A stretch of 64,000 nt of DNA. Origin: Minisyncoccota bacterium (GTDB taxonomy: Bacteria > Patescibacteriota > Minisyncoccia > UBA6257 > 2-01-FULL-56-20). The position numbers and the translations under genes were made by a program. Position 1 is the first letter of the stretch. Each line of letters starts with the position of its first letter. The stretch spans positions 14,687-78,686 of the forward strand of contig DATKNL010000009.1 in the NCBI GenBank assembly GCA_035541435.1, read 5' to 3'. Of this stretch, positions 43,341-53,501 are shown piece after piece. The notes below the pieces were generated by a model, which was not told the DNA's origin, did no database searches, and saw only the letters and a list, made by a program, of their open reading frames with translations.

Positions 43341-45530
43341 TTATGGCGGGCATCCGGACGGGATATGCACAGGAGCGGTTCCGGTCCCGTCGGGTTCGAC
43401 CGTGACGCCGTCGACCGCGAGGACGGGCACGGCCTGCAGCGAAAGGACGGCGGTCGACGTGGGATCCGCGAGCGCCACGTCGCTCCAGGTGCTCGTCGCG
43501 ACCGCGACCGCGCGGCTGTCATAGGTCTTCACCGCAACCTTCCGCTTCGCGGAGGATTTCGCCGTGGACGATCCGGCGCTCCCCGTCCCGATGACGACCC
43601 GCAGCGTCCCCGACGCCGGCGCCGTAACGACCGTCGTCGAGCCGAACGCCTCATATGAGCTGCCAGGAATGCCGTTCTCGATATCGCCCGCGGCGTTCGG
43701 TCCCGTGTGGTTGCCGTTCCCGTCGTACAGGTCGGCCGACGCGCCGCCCGTCACGGTGACCTCGGTCATGACCGGCCGCGGTGCGCCCCGCCCCTCGAGG
43801 CAGTCCTCGCTTGAAACCGACAAGCCGAGCGGCGGGAGCGCAAGCGAGGGAAAAGATCCGTCCACGATCGCCTGGAAAAGCATGATTGTCCGCGCATCGC
43901 GGATCAGCCCGTCGTGATCGATGCCGTTCTCGCCATAGAGGGTGAAAATGTTCGTGTAGCCGTCCGCATGGTCCATCGCCGAAAGGACCGGCACCGTCCC
44001 GTCACCGTTCGCGCGGCCGACGTCGACCGAGCCGTCGTCGTGAACGACGTATTGGTCGACGGTCGGATCCTGGCAGCCCACGAGGTTATAGACGCGCGGT
44101 CCGGATGGCAGCGGGCCGCCATCGATCGTCTCGTGTTCGCCGTCGGCGCGCGCGAGAAGGGCGGGGTTGCGCGCATCGATCGGATCGGCCGTGAGCAGCG
44201 CGTTCGTTTCGTCGAAATCGAGGGCGAGCGTCGTCTCGTTGCCGGCATCGTCTTCGCCTTCACGAACGACATAGGGACCATGCACGCCGACGAAGCGTCG
44301 TGAGGGCAGCAGATCATAGATGCCCGGCATGTTCTGCGTGATCGCTTTCACTTCTCGCGGATTGAGCAGGCTTACCGGGCCGATGCCGAACCCAAGGTCG
44401 TCACCATACTGCAGCGCCTTGAACGTCGCCGGCGCACCGAGCTGCGGAACGCCGACCAGGATGAGCGAATTAATGAGCGCGGCACCGGCGGATCCCGAAC
44501 GGACAAGAAAGTCCTTCACGGCGAGGCCGCCCATGCTGTGGGCGATGACGTTCACCTTGCCGTCGGGCGACTGCGCGGCGGCCCGTTCGATGACCGAGCC
44601 GACGACGGCCGACGAGCTCGCGACGCCCATGCGCCAGTCATAAGGAGCGACGAACAGGTCGCGCCCCTCGACGAAGCCTTCGTTTTCGAACGTATCGATG
44701 AGCGTCCCGTAAATCCGTTCGTCGAAGGGAATGGGAATCAGGAGCCGGTCGTACGTGCCGCTCACGGACCGAATGATGTCGCCCGCCGCAAGCTCGCGGC
44801 CCGGAACCTGCGTGCCGTCAGGCGCGAGCGCAAGCGCGTCGAGATAGTCGTCGTTCGGCGAATTCGCCATCTCGCTCGCCGCCGGCCAGAACTCCCGTCC
44901 CGCCGCAGCCGTGCCCGTCGCGCCGACAAGCGCGGACCCCATGACGCCGGGAACGATGACGAGCGGCTCGTCGAACGTCCCGCTCGCGATGATGAAGGGA
45001 TAGAACGGATAATAGCCCTCGCTCCGGCCGATGCCGGGAAGGAACGTGTTCGTCATCGCGATCCCCTGCCCGTTGACGCCCTGCAGGATGACGCTGCTGT
45101 TCTGATAGTCCTGCACCGTGACCAGCCGGTAATAATGGTCGGGATTCACGCGGATCGACAGATTTGAAAACGTGACCGTCTGTAAAATGTCGGTGAAGAC
45201 CGCGCCGTCGGCAACCGGGAACGTCCGCACGAGCTGCGCGTAACCGGCATCTGAAAATTCCTGAAGCGTCACCTGCGTCGCGGCATATTCAGGCGCGTTG
45301 ACCTTGCCTTCGAGCGTGATCGAACTGATGGTTCCCGCCGTTCCGCGCCCGAGATCGTACCAATTGTCGCCATACCAGCTGTCCTTCGACGCGGCCTGGT
45401 CGGCCGGCTGATTAAAGAGCAGCGCCGCGTGAGCGGGGCGCGCGGCCGCGAGCATGCAGAGCGCAAGCGCGATCAGGGCACCGGTCCGGATGCGCGAGTC
45501 GTATTTAAATCGAGCGATGGAAAAACGCAT
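43341..45530 (-). CDS. Secreted alpha/beta-hydrolase lipase-like protein (LCAT/PGAP1-like), 729 aa
   Basis: Signal peptide plus nucleophile elbow AHSMGGLA; C-terminal Ser/Thr/Ala-rich beta domain. Confidence 0.65.
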   Translation of the reverse strand: MRFSIARFKYDSRIRTGALIALALCMLAAARPAHAALLFNQPADQAASKDSWYGDNWYDLGRGTAGTISSITLEGKVNAPEYAATQVTLQEFSDAGYAQLVRTFPVADGAVFTDILQTVTFSNLSIRVNPDHYYRLVTVQDYQNSSVILQGVNGQGIAMTNTFLPGIGRSEGYYPFYPFIIASGTFDEPLVIVPGVMGSALVGATGTAAAGREFWPAASEMANSPNDDYLDALALAPDGTQVPGRELAAGDIIRSVSGTYDRLLIPIPFDERIYGTLIDTFENEGFVEGRDLFVAPYDWRMGVASSSAVVGSVIERAAAQSPDGKVNVIAHSMGGLAVKDFLVRSGSAGAALINSLILVGVPQLGAPATFKALQYGDDLGFGIGPVSLLNPREVKAITQNMPGIYDLLPSRRFVGVHGPYVVREGEDDAGNETTLALDFDETNALLTADPIDARNPALLARADGEHETIDGGPLPSGPRVYNLVGCQDPTVDQYVVHDDGSVDVGRANGDGTVPVLSAMDHADGYTNIFTLYGENGIDHDGLIRDARTIMLFQAIVDGSFPSLALPPLGLSVSSEDCLEGRGAPRPVMTEVTVTGGASADLYDGNGNHTGPNAAGDIENGIPGSSYEAFGSTTVVTAPASGTLRVVIGTGSAGSSTAKSSAKRKVAVKTYDSRAVAVATSTWSDVALADPTSTAVLSLQAVPVLAVDGVTVEPDGTGTAPVHIPSGCPP

Positions 45531-45592
45531 GGGTGCAGCCTAGCACCCCGTCGATTAAAAGAATCTAAAATTGCAGGTATAATGACGGATAT

Positions 45593-46513
45593 ATGAGAAT
45601 CATCGTAACCGGCGGGGCCGGATTCATCGGCTCGCACATCGTCGACGACTGCATCGCGAAGGGCCATTCGGTCGCCGTCATCGACAACCTGTCCACCGGA
45701 TCTCGCCGCAACCTCAACCGCAAAGCCCGGTTTCATAAGGCCGACATCAGGGACCGCGCCGCCATCGACCGCGTCTTCGCCAAGGAACGCCCCGAGGCCG
45801 TGAACCATCATGCGGCGCTCATCGAAGTGACGAAGTCGATGCGCGACCCGCACGGGACATTCGAGGCGAACGTCCTCGGAACGGCAAACGTGCTTGCCGC
45901 CTTCGCGGCGCACGGCCGCGGCGCCCGCCGCCGATTCGTTTTCGCGTCGACCGGTGGCGCGATCTATGGCGAACCGAAAAAGCTTCCCGCGAACGAAGCG
46001 ACGCCGATCGCGCCGCTCTCGCCCTACGGACTTTCGAAATACCTCGCCGAAGAGACGATCCGGTTCTATGCGCGCCTGCATGGGTTTTCCCATGTCATCC
46101 TCCGGTACACGAACGTCTATGGCCCGCGCCAGAACCCGAACGGCGAAGCGGGCGTCGTCGCGATCTTCACGCGTCTCATGAAAGCGGGACTACGGCCGAC
46201 CATCTTCGGCGACGGCAGCAAATCGCGCGACTACGTGCACGTGAGCGATGTCGTGCGCGCAAACGCCGCGGCGCTCCGCGCGGCATCGGACTTCACCGTG
46301 AACATCGGGACGGGTTCAGGCACGACCGACCGCATGATCTTCGACGCGATCGCCCGGGCAACCGGTTTCGCCAAGGAGCCGGTCTTCGCGCCCTATCGCA
46401 CGGGCGAGGTGTACCGCATCTCGCTCGACGCCCGCCTGGCGCGCCGCCGCCTCGGATGGAAGCCAACCGTCGCACTCGACCGCGGCATCAAAACCGTCGT
46501 CGACTCGCTCTGA
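45593..46513 (+). CDS. NAD-dependent epimerase/dehydratase (UDP-hexose 4-epimerase-like SDR)
   Basis: Rossmann motif IIVTGGAGFIGSH, catalytic YGLSK (YxxxK), RYTNVYGPRQ. Confidence 0.85.
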   Translation: MRIIVTGGAGFIGSHIVDDCIAKGHSVAVIDNLSTGSRRNLNRKARFHKADIRDRAAIDRVFAKERPEAVNHHAALIEVTKSMRDPHGTFEANVLGTANVLAAFAAHGRGARRRFVFASTGGAIYGEPKKLPANEATPIAPLSPYGLSKYLAEETIRFYARLHGFSHVILRYTNVYGPRQNPNGEAGVVAIFTRLMKAGLRPTIFGDGSKSRDYVHVSDVVRANAAALRAASDFTVNIGTGSGTTDRMIFDAIARATGFAKEPVFAPYRTGEVYRISLDARLARRRLGWKPTVALDRGIKTVVDSL

Positions 46514-46515
46514 TC

Positions 46516-48027
46516 ATGGACCAGCCGACACACGAACCGCCGCCGCCTGTTTCGAAAAAAGCAAGGATCCTTTCATTTCTTTTTAACAACAAAAACGCGA
46601 AGCAGACGATCGCCAAGAACACCTTCTGGCTTTCGGTCTCGAACTTCGGAGGCAAGGCGATCAGGGCCGTCATCATCATCTATGCCGCGCGCGTGCTTGG
46701 CGCGGCGGAATACGGCGTGTTCACCTATGCCATAACCCTTGCCGGATTCATTTCGCTTGTCATGGACCCCGGCATCAACTTCGTCTTCATGCGTGATGCC
46801 GCGCGCGCGTCCGACGAGGACCAACGGAGCATCTTCGGAACCGCCTTCGGCATCAAGCTCGTCCTGCTCGCAATCGGGGCGTCGATCATCCTGTTCGCCG
46901 GACCCCTGTTCTCGACGCTTCCCGGAGCGAAAATCCTGCTCCCCATCGCGGCGATCATCGCCGTCTTCGACACGCTGCGGGACTTCTTCCTCTCGCTCAT
47001 GCGCGCACGCGAGCAAATGGAGTGGGATGCGGGCATCACGCTCGTGACGAACCTCGCGATCGTCACGGTCGGCTTCGCGCTGCTTTTCCTCAGCCCGAGC
47101 GCGAAATCGCTCATCTGGGGATATGCGCTCGGCAGCGTCATCGGCACGACGATCGTCATGATCGCGCTCCGCAGCTACATCCGGACGGCGTTCGCGAAGT
47201 TCAGGCGGCGGCTCGCGAAACCGATGGTCGCGGCTGCGTGGCCCTTTGCCATCACGGGGGCGCTCGGCCTGCTGCTCACGAACGCCGACATCCTCATCAT
47301 CAGCTGGTTCCGCAGCGCGGAGGTGGTCGGCATCTATGCGGCGGGCATCCGGATCATCCAGGCCCTCTATCTTATTCCCGGCATCCTGCAGACGAGCACC
47401 CTGCCGCTCCTCGCGCGGCTGGCCAACAGCGACAACGAGAAGTTCCGCGGGACCCTCGAGCGGATCGTGAGCACGCTCTTCCTCGCCGCCATCCCGCTCG
47501 CGGCGGGAGGAATCGTCGTCGGCACCCAGCTCATCGGCACCATATTCGGCGCGGCATTCATCCCGGGCGCGCCGTCGTTCAAGATCCTCATGCTCACCAT
47601 GATGATCGACTTCCCCGGCTCCGTCATCGGCACGGCGGTATTCGCTTATGGCCATCAAAAGAGCCTGATCATCACGTCGGCGACCGCCGGCATCCTGAAT
47701 GTCGCGCTCGACCTCGCCCTCATCCCGCACTTCGGGATGGCGGGATCGGCCCTCGCAACGCTCATCGCCCAGGGGGCGAGCAACGCCTACCTCTGGGTCA
47801 TCATGAACCGCATCAATCCGTTTTCGGTCGCGAACCGCCTGAGGAACGTCCTCATCGCGACGGCGATCATGACGGTCCTCGCCGAAGCGCTCACGCTCCT
47901 GCACGTCGAGGTCTTCGTGACGATCGCCTGCTGCGTTGCCGCCTATTTCGCCATGCTTGCGACGTTCCGCGAACCGCTGCTCCGCGAGGTGACGAGCCGC
48001 TTTCAGACGAGGAATCCGCTCTCGTAA
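46516..48027 (+). CDS. Oligosaccharide/polysaccharide flippase (Wzx, MOP superfamily)
   Basis: ~14 TM, 503 aa, typical polysaccharide-biosynthesis-protein architecture. Start ATG at 46516, 3 nt after the epimerase stop. Confidence 0.8.
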   Translation: MDQPTHEPPPPVSKKARILSFLFNNKNAKQTIAKNTFWLSVSNFGGKAIRAVIIIYAARVLGAAEYGVFTYAITLAGFISLVMDPGINFVFMRDAARASDEDQRSIFGTAFGIKLVLLAIGASIILFAGPLFSTLPGAKILLPIAAIIAVFDTLRDFFLSLMRAREQMEWDAGITLVTNLAIVTVGFALLFLSPSAKSLIWGYALGSVIGTTIVMIALRSYIRTAFAKFRRRLAKPMVAAAWPFAITGALGLLLTNADILIISWFRSAEVVGIYAAGIRIIQALYLIPGILQTSTLPLLARLANSDNEKFRGTLERIVSTLFLAAIPLAAGGIVVGTQLIGTIFGAAFIPGAPSFKILMLTMMIDFPGSVIGTAVFAYGHQKSLIITSATAGILNVALDLALIPHFGMAGSALATLIAQGASNAYLWVIMNRINPFSVANRLRNVLIATAIMTVLAEALTLLHVEVFVTIACCVAAYFAMLATFREPLLREVTSRFQTRNPLS

Positions 48028-48902
48028 TAGTCCCTGATCCCGCTTTCGATCGAAAACGCCGGCACGAACCCCAGCTTTTCCTTGGCAAGCGACATGTCGC
48101 ACAGCGTGTAGTCCTGATAGCGCCCCTGGTACGGATTGTCGATATAGTCGGGCTTCCATTGCGTGCCAAGCACGCCGTTCAGGATCTCGATGATGCGGTT
48201 GAAGGTCGTCGCAACGCCTGAACCGCAGTTCACGATGCATGATTCCTTTGCCGCGAGCGCGAGCATGTTCGCCGTAACCACGTCCTTCACATAAATATAG
48301 TCGCGTTTCTGCTCGCCGTCCGTGAAGATCCGCGGCGCATGCTGCTTCATCTGGTGCGCCAGCTGATAGATCATCGTCGCGCGGCTCCCTTTGTGGCTCT
48401 CGCCCCGTCCATAGACGTTGCAATAACGGAGTCCCACGACCGTCACGTCGGGGTGGTCCTTCGCGACCTGCATGGCAAGCGCGTCGAGCGCCACTTTAGA
48501 TTCGGCATAGGGATTGAGCGGTTTCGGCGTCATCGTTTCTTGATAGGGCGGCGTGAGGTCGCCATAGATCGCGGTCGACGACGCATAGACGATGCGCTTG
48601 CAGCCGTTCTTCACGACATAGTCGAAGAGCGCCTTCGACGAGTCGGCGTTCGCCCGGAACATTTCGGCGCGGTCCATGTTCGTCGTGTCGTTGATCGCCG
48701 CCTCGTGGATCACTGCGTCGATATGCCCGATCGCATCCCAATCGATGCCGAGGAAGCTCGGCTGAAGGTATTTGCCGGTGAAACCCTTGAGCTTCTGCTC
48801 GGCATCGTGCCCGGTGATGAGCACGTCGTGTCCGTCCTCCATGAGCTTGCGGACGATGTTCGAGCCGATGAGGCCGGTGCCGCCGGTGACGAGGATTCTC
48901 AT
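48003..48902 (-). CDS. hldD: ADP-L-glycero-D-manno-heptose-6-epimerase
   Basis: ILVTGGTGLIGSNIV...RYCNVYGRGESHKGSRATMIYQLAHQ...IFTDGEQKRDYIYVKDV...GRYQDYTLCDMSLAKE aligns with E. coli HldD ([23 protein letters not shown]...LFEGSENFKRDFVYVGDV...GRYQAFTQADLTNLRA). Confidence 0.75.
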   Translation of the reverse strand: MRILVTGGTGLIGSNIVRKLMEDGHDVLITGHDAEQKLKGFTGKYLQPSFLGIDWDAIGHIDAVIHEAAINDTTNMDRAEMFRANADSSKALFDYVVKNGCKRIVYASSTAIYGDLTPPYQETMTPKPLNPYAESKVALDALAMQVAKDHPDVTVVGLRYCNVYGRGESHKGSRATMIYQLAHQMKQHAPRIFTDGEQKRDYIYVKDVVTANMLALAAKESCIVNCGSGVATTFNRIIEILNGVLGTQWKPDYIDNPYQGRYQDYTLCDMSLAKEKLGFVPAFSIESGIRDYYESGFLV

Positions 48903-48975
48903 AGGGATAGCGTACCATCCGTCCCCGGCCCGCGACAATACCGGACCGGACCAAGCCCGACCTCATCTGCCATTC

Positions 48976-49010
48976 CAAATAAAAGAGGGCGCGCCACGTG
49001 GCACGCCCTT
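48976..49010 (-). terminator. Rho-independent terminator after the NUDIX gene
   Basis: GGGCGTGCCAC/GTGGCGCGCCC hairpin followed by TCTTTTATTT on the minus strand. Confidence 0.5.
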
Positions 49011-49029
49011 GCTGCTGTCTGTCAGAACG

Positions 49030-49740
49030 TCAGAAGATCCGCTCGCCAAACCGCTCGAGATAGCGCTGCTGGAGCATGAGGAGCGCCGTCAGCGTCTTGA
49101 ACTCGGTGCAGGCCTCCATGCTCTCATGTTTCGCGAGCAGGCTGCCATACGCCATGGGCAACGGCACGACCTCGACCTTCTGGATCGGCTCATCGCTCGG
49201 AGGAGCGGGTTGCTCCCCGTCGAAGAACATGAGCGCATGGATGGAATACCCCTCGATCTGCGCACCGCCCGAACATGGGGTCGGAACCTTGAGGAGGCAC
49301 ATCTCGCCGACGACCGTCGGATCGATGCCGAACTCCTGTTTGAGTTCGCGCGTCGCGGCGCCAGGAAGCGTGATGTCCGATCCCTCGACGAGCCCTCCGG
49401 GAAGCTCCCGAAGCGTGTCGCCGGGATGATCTGTCACGAGCGCCGGATAGGGACGCACCTCGTGAACGAACATCGTTTTGCAGTTTTGGGGGCCGGCATT
49501 CCTGATCGTCTCGAGAAAATCTCCCGTGACGACCGCAGTGCTCGGGATGATGATCGGCAGCGCCTTCACGGCATAGATCTGCCCGGTGCTTACCACCATC
49601 ACCACCCACCGGAACGGGACTCCCGGCTCCTGGCAGGAAAACAGCACGTGATGGCTTGAGCCAAGAATTTTCACATCTTTGTCCTTGAGGTCGAGCGGCT
49701 TCTGCCACGGAAGAACTTCAGATGCTACCTCGGTAATCAT
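49030..49740 (-). CDS. NUDIX hydrolase (ADP-ribose/nucleotide-sugar pyrophosphatase-like)
   Basis: Nudix box PGGLVEGSDITLPGAATRELKQEFGI, i.e. GGx5Ex7REUxEExGU. Confidence 0.7.
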   Translation of the reverse strand: MITEVASEVLPWQKPLDLKDKDVKILGSSHHVLFSCQEPGVPFRWVVMVVSTGQIYAVKALPIIIPSTAVVTGDFLETIRNAGPQNCKTMFVHEVRPYPALVTDHPGDTLRELPGGLVEGSDITLPGAATRELKQEFGIDPTVVGEMCLLKVPTPCSGGAQIEGYSIHALMFFDGEQPAPPSDEPIQKVEVVPLPMAYGSLLAKHESMEACTEFKTLTALLMLQQRYLERFGERIF

Positions 49741-49852
49741 GCAGTCTTCTCCTTTTTTTTGGATCTTCGAAATTGCAATGGTCTGTTGCAGATAATACCG
49801 TAAATATTGAAAAATGTCAATATCATCCTTTCGCCATGCCGAAAAAAGTCAT

Positions 49853-49881
49853 TTGACAAATCTCTATAAATAATTTATACT
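49853..49881 (+). promoter_or_regulatory. Canonical sigma-70 promoter TTGACA-N17-TATACT in an AT-rich intergenic region
   Basis: Sequence catttgacaaatctctataaataatttatactatatttcag, ~55 nt upstream of the HAD gene start at 49938. Confidence 0.55.
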
Positions 49882-49937
49882 ATATTTCAGTATCCTTTCC
49901 TGATCTCCAGATCCGGGAAAGGCAGACAGGAGCACAT

Positions 49938-50663
49938 ATGGATTTGCAGGCTGTACGCGGCTGGCTTCTGCAGTTTGAAGCCATCTTCTTCGACTTCGAC
50001 GGCGTCATTGGCGATTCGGAACTCACGAAAGCCGAAATTTGGAAACGCCTCTTCAACGAATACGGCATTTCCGAACCGGGCGACACCTGGTACCAGGCGC
50101 ATATCGGCCGGACACGGATGGATCACTGCGTGGACATGGTGGACACGTTCCACCTTTCCGTCGCTCCGGCCGTCATTGCCGACCAGCAGAAGGCAATGGA
50201 GTTCGCGGCCTTCCACGACGAATTCGTTCCGCCGATCGAGCCGATGGTCCAGCTCGTAAAACGCCTGTACGAAGACAACGTCACCCTTGGCGTCGCCTCG
50301 TCGCAGCACCGGGCGATCGTCGAACGGCAGCTCGAGCACATGGGCATCAGGCACTGCTTTCGCGACGTCGTTTCATGCGAGGACGATTGTCCGACTCAGG
50401 GCAAACCGAACCCGCGAATCTATCAGCTTGCCGCCGAACGCCTCAATGTCGATCCGCATAAGTGCGCCGGCATCGAGGACACGGAATCGGGGCACGTTGC
50501 GGTCGCGGACGCCGGCATGTTCTGCATCGGATTCGAAAACCCGAACAGCGGCAGGCAGAACTTCCCGCGGGCCGATCTTGTTCTCGGATTCCCCGACGTC
50601 CAGGCACTCAACCCTCTTCTCGGCATCTACCGCGCGCTCTCAAGCGTGGGCGGCGACTATTAG
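49938..50663 (+). CDS. HAD-superfamily phosphatase (subfamily IA; candidate sugar-phosphate phosphatase)
   Basis: FFDFDGVIGDS (DxDG motif I), VASSQHRAIV (motif II), GKPNP...GIEDTESG (motif III/IV). Confidence 0.8.
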   Translation: MDLQAVRGWLLQFEAIFFDFDGVIGDSELTKAEIWKRLFNEYGISEPGDTWYQAHIGRTRMDHCVDMVDTFHLSVAPAVIADQQKAMEFAAFHDEFVPPIEPMVQLVKRLYEDNVTLGVASSQHRAIVERQLEHMGIRHCFRDVVSCEDDCPTQGKPNPRIYQLAAERLNVDPHKCAGIEDTESGHVAVADAGMFCIGFENPNSGRQNFPRADLVLGFPDVQALNPLLGIYRALSSVGGDY

Positions 50664-50680
50664 ACGAGAGATGATAGGCA

Positions 50681-50713
50681 GGGGCGCATCGTCATGATGC
50701 GCCTCTTTTTATT
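50681..50713 (+). terminator. Rho-independent terminator
   Basis: GGCGCATC-GTCAT-GATGCGCC followed by TCTTTTTATTT. Confidence 0.6.
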
Positions 50714-50739
50714 TCCCTGCGCTGTGCTACCCTGATCCT

Positions 50740-51246
50740 ATGATGACCGCCCGCGACAAGATCAAAACCATCGACGAGATCGCCCGCATCACGCGCGAGG
50801 CGCACGCCGCCGGCAAAAAAATCGTGACGACGAACGGAACGTTCGACCTCATCCACGTGGGCCATATCCGCAACCTCGAAGAGGCCCGCGCGATGGGCGA
50901 CCTCCTCATCGTCGGCGTGAATTCCGACGCATCGGTCAGGAACTACAAGGGACCGACCCGTCCGATCCTCGGCGAGGCCGACCGCGCGGAAATCATCGCG
51001 GGGCTCGAATCGGTGAGCCACGTCTTCATCTTCGACGAGCCCGATCCGCGCCCGTGGCTCGAGAAAATCCATACCGACATCCACGTGAAGGGCGGCGACT
51101 GGAAGAACGCCGACAAGTCGCGCGCAATCTCGACGATCGTCGAAGCGCCCCTTCTTGAAAGTAAGGGCGCGAAACTCGTACTCGTCGACCTCGTTCCCGG
51201 CAAATCGACGACCTCGATCATCGAGAAGATCCGGCAGCTTCCCTAA
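50740..51246 (+). CDS. RfaE domain-II-like nucleotidyltransferase (heptose 1-phosphate adenylyltransferase-like)
   Basis: KIVTTNGTFDLIHVGHIRNLEEARAMGDLLIVGVNSDASVRNYKGPTRPI..VSHVFIFDE..KGGDW, a near-canonical HldE C-domain. Confidence 0.75.
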   Translation: MMTARDKIKTIDEIARITREAHAAGKKIVTTNGTFDLIHVGHIRNLEEARAMGDLLIVGVNSDASVRNYKGPTRPILGEADRAEIIAGLESVSHVFIFDEPDPRPWLEKIHTDIHVKGGDWKNADKSRAISTIVEAPLLESKGAKLVLVDLVPGKSTTSIIEKIRQLP

Positions 51247-52235
51247 AGGTATTCCTTCAGCAGGCGCTCCCCGCCCGGGAACATCGGCACGAAACGGCGG
51301 CCGAACGCGTCCTTCGTCGCCGCACTCTTCGCGACCACGTACAGGTCCTTCTTGAGGAGCGACGCGACGTGTACGACATAGGCATCGAAGCTCACGACGC
51401 CGCGCACGGCGGGGTGCGCGAACAGCGAGAAGAGGTCAGTCGGCGAAAACCGGCCGCGGAGGTCGATATCGACGAAGGGATAGGCGCGCGGATCGTTCCG
51501 CTTGTCGCCGGCACTGCCGGTATGGATGATCCGATATCCTTCGTCCTTCATTTTTTGGACGAGCTCGACGAGCAAGTGCTCCCGCTGCTTCGCCTCGACG
51601 ATGCCCGACGCGACATAATTATTGAAAGCGAGATAGCGGCCGTCATGCGCGATGCTTGCGGCCCAGGGCGCCGATTCGCATCCGCGCGTGAGCGATGCCG
51701 GAACGGCCGGCTCGAAGTCGGGGCCCGAAAGCGCGGGAAGCGGCTGCAGGCCAAGTCCCTGCAAGGCTCGCGACACGAGGCCGATCATCGCGACCACGAC
51801 GCGGTCGCCGCCCTCGATCGCGGCATAATCGATGCCGATCGCGGCGGCCTGCGGGAAGCGCGACGTGATCGCGTGAAGCATGTCGTTCTTCGAAATGAAG
51901 ACGTGACCGCCCTGCCCCAGTTCGGCGAGCCGGATCGTATCATAGCCGAGGCCCTTGAAATAAGGCTCGAGGCGCGGATCGACGACGATCTTCACGGCGC
52001 CCACCCGCTTCAGGGCCCGAGCAAGCGGCTCATGAAAGAGCTGGTCGCCCAGATGGACGAGGATCGGATCCCAGAACGCCAGCACGAAGGTCCCCGAAAA
52101 CGAGAAGTCCGAAGGCGCTACGGCGCGCATGCCCGGCTCCCGATAGACGGTGCGCCGCAAAGCCACGAGCTCTGAAAGCCCGTGTGCCACGACCTTATGG
52201 ATGTAATAGCGGACAGCGGACCAAAATGACTTCAT
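51243..52235 (-). CDS. Putative glycosyltransferase family 9-like (heptosyltransferase-like) protein
   Basis: N-terminal ILVHLGDQLFHEPLARAL and C-terminal SFDAYVVHVASLLKKDLYVV loosely match GT9 motifs. Weak. Confidence 0.4.
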   Translation of the reverse strand: MKSFWSAVRYYIHKVVAHGLSELVALRRTVYREPGMRAVAPSDFSFSGTFVLAFWDPILVHLGDQLFHEPLARALKRVGAVKIVVDPRLEPYFKGLGYDTIRLAELGQGGHVFISKNDMLHAITSRFPQAAAIGIDYAAIEGGDRVVVAMIGLVSRALQGLGLQPLPALSGPDFEPAVPASLTRGCESAPWAASIAHDGRYLAFNNYVASGIVEAKQREHLLVELVQKMKDEGYRIIHTGSAGDKRNDPRAYPFVDIDLRGRFSPTDLFSLFAHPAVRGVVSFDAYVVHVASLLKKDLYVVAKSAATKDAFGRRFVPMFPGGERLLKEYL

Positions 52236-52292
52236 GATGTCAATTTACTATAATATCAAATATCGCTTCCTCAAAGCTCCCCGACCATAACC

Positions 52293-53480
52293 GTGAACCC
52301 GATCGAAGAAACCATCAAAAAGAACGGCGGCGTCATATTCGCCGAACCGGCGATCGTGCACCGCGTCGCCTATAGCGGCCGGAACATCGTCGGCCCGAAC
52401 GATTCCTTCACTGCGCCGCTCATGGACGGCCGCGGCTACCTGCCCGTCGAGTGGTGGGTCATGTCGATCACGCAGGCCGAGAACGACGCGCGCGTGGACG
52501 GCGAAGGCGTCTCGAACCTCGTCCTCGCCGACGGCAGCACGATGCGCCTCGACCATGCGGCCCGCGAATCCGAAACGCTCCTCTTCGGTCCGTACCGCTC
52601 GCGCTGGCCCCTCACGAAGATCCTCGACATCGGAGGCAAGCCAGTGAAGACGAGCTTCTCGAGCGAACCCGAGGTTCCGCCGATCCCCTGCCATCTGCAC
52701 TCGGGCGTTCCGGTGAACGGCGTCGCGAACATCGCGAGCGGCAAGCTCGAAGCCTATTTCCTGCCGCCGGTCGACGTCGCGCCGTACGAGCAGGACTTCG
52801 GCCGCGTGAAGACGCGCCTCGGCGTGAAGCCCTCGACGTCGCGCGGGGCGTTCCTGAACGGCATGAGGAAGTTCGGCATCGACGACGAGCTCTATGCGCT
52901 GCTCAACGAGTTCGAGGTCCGGCCGTTTGACGGATGGATCATCCCGCCGGGCGTCGTGCACGCGCCAGGACCGTGGACGACGTTCGAGATCCAGCTGCCG
53001 CAGGACGACTTCAACCTGCTCGCATGGCGCCTCGGCCAGAGGATTCCGGCGAACGAGCTCGCCTCGCAGCGGGAAGCGCAGCTCCTGCGCGGGCTGGGCA
53101 GCGAGGAAGAGGTCCTCGAAAAGCTCGTCGCGTGGGACGCGACCGCCCGCCCAGACTTCGAGCAGGCCTATCGCCGCCCGAGCCGCATCATCGAAGAGGG
53201 CGCCTGGGGCGCAAAACGGCAGATCTTCTTCGACCAGTTCTATGGCGAAAGCCTCGAGGTGAAGCCCGGCATGTCGTATGCCGTCACGGGCGACAAGCCG
53301 GTGGCAGCGGTCCTTTGGAGCGGGCATGGGACGGTGAACGGCCTCGCGCTCGACCACGGGAACGGCCGCGAACGCGAATTCCTCATAACCCCGAACGCCC
53401 GGGCGACGGTCGCGAACGCCGGCCCCTCGAACCTCATGCTGTTCCTCGTCCATCCGCTCACGATTGACAGAAAATATTAA
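52293..53480 (+). CDS. Cupin-superfamily sugar-phosphate isomerase-like protein (class I phosphomannose-isomerase-like, 395 aa)
   Basis: Size, predicted beta-rich composition and paired His-containing segments (PCHLHSGVP, GVVHAPGPW) resemble type I PMI. No confident motif match. Sits directly upstream of hldE. Confidence 0.35.
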   Translation: MNPIEETIKKNGGVIFAEPAIVHRVAYSGRNIVGPNDSFTAPLMDGRGYLPVEWWVMSITQAENDARVDGEGVSNLVLADGSTMRLDHAARESETLLFGPYRSRWPLTKILDIGGKPVKTSFSSEPEVPPIPCHLHSGVPVNGVANIASGKLEAYFLPPVDVAPYEQDFGRVKTRLGVKPSTSRGAFLNGMRKFGIDDELYALLNEFEVRPFDGWIIPPGVVHAPGPWTTFEIQLPQDDFNLLAWRLGQRIPANELASQREAQLLRGLGSEEEVLEKLVAWDATARPDFEQAYRRPSRIIEEGAWGAKRQIFFDQFYGESLEVKPGMSYAVTGDKPVAAVLWSGHGTVNGLALDHGNGREREFLITPNARATVANAGPSNLMLFLVHPLTIDRKY

Positions 53481-53501
53481 AAGTATTTTAATATTAGAAC
53501 T

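Noticed and set aside
43156-43353. Possible 35-65-aa single-TM micro-protein between the TagD-like and lipase genes
   Set aside because: No convincing RBS or start-codon context, and it overlaps the lipase gene's 3' end. Left unannotated.
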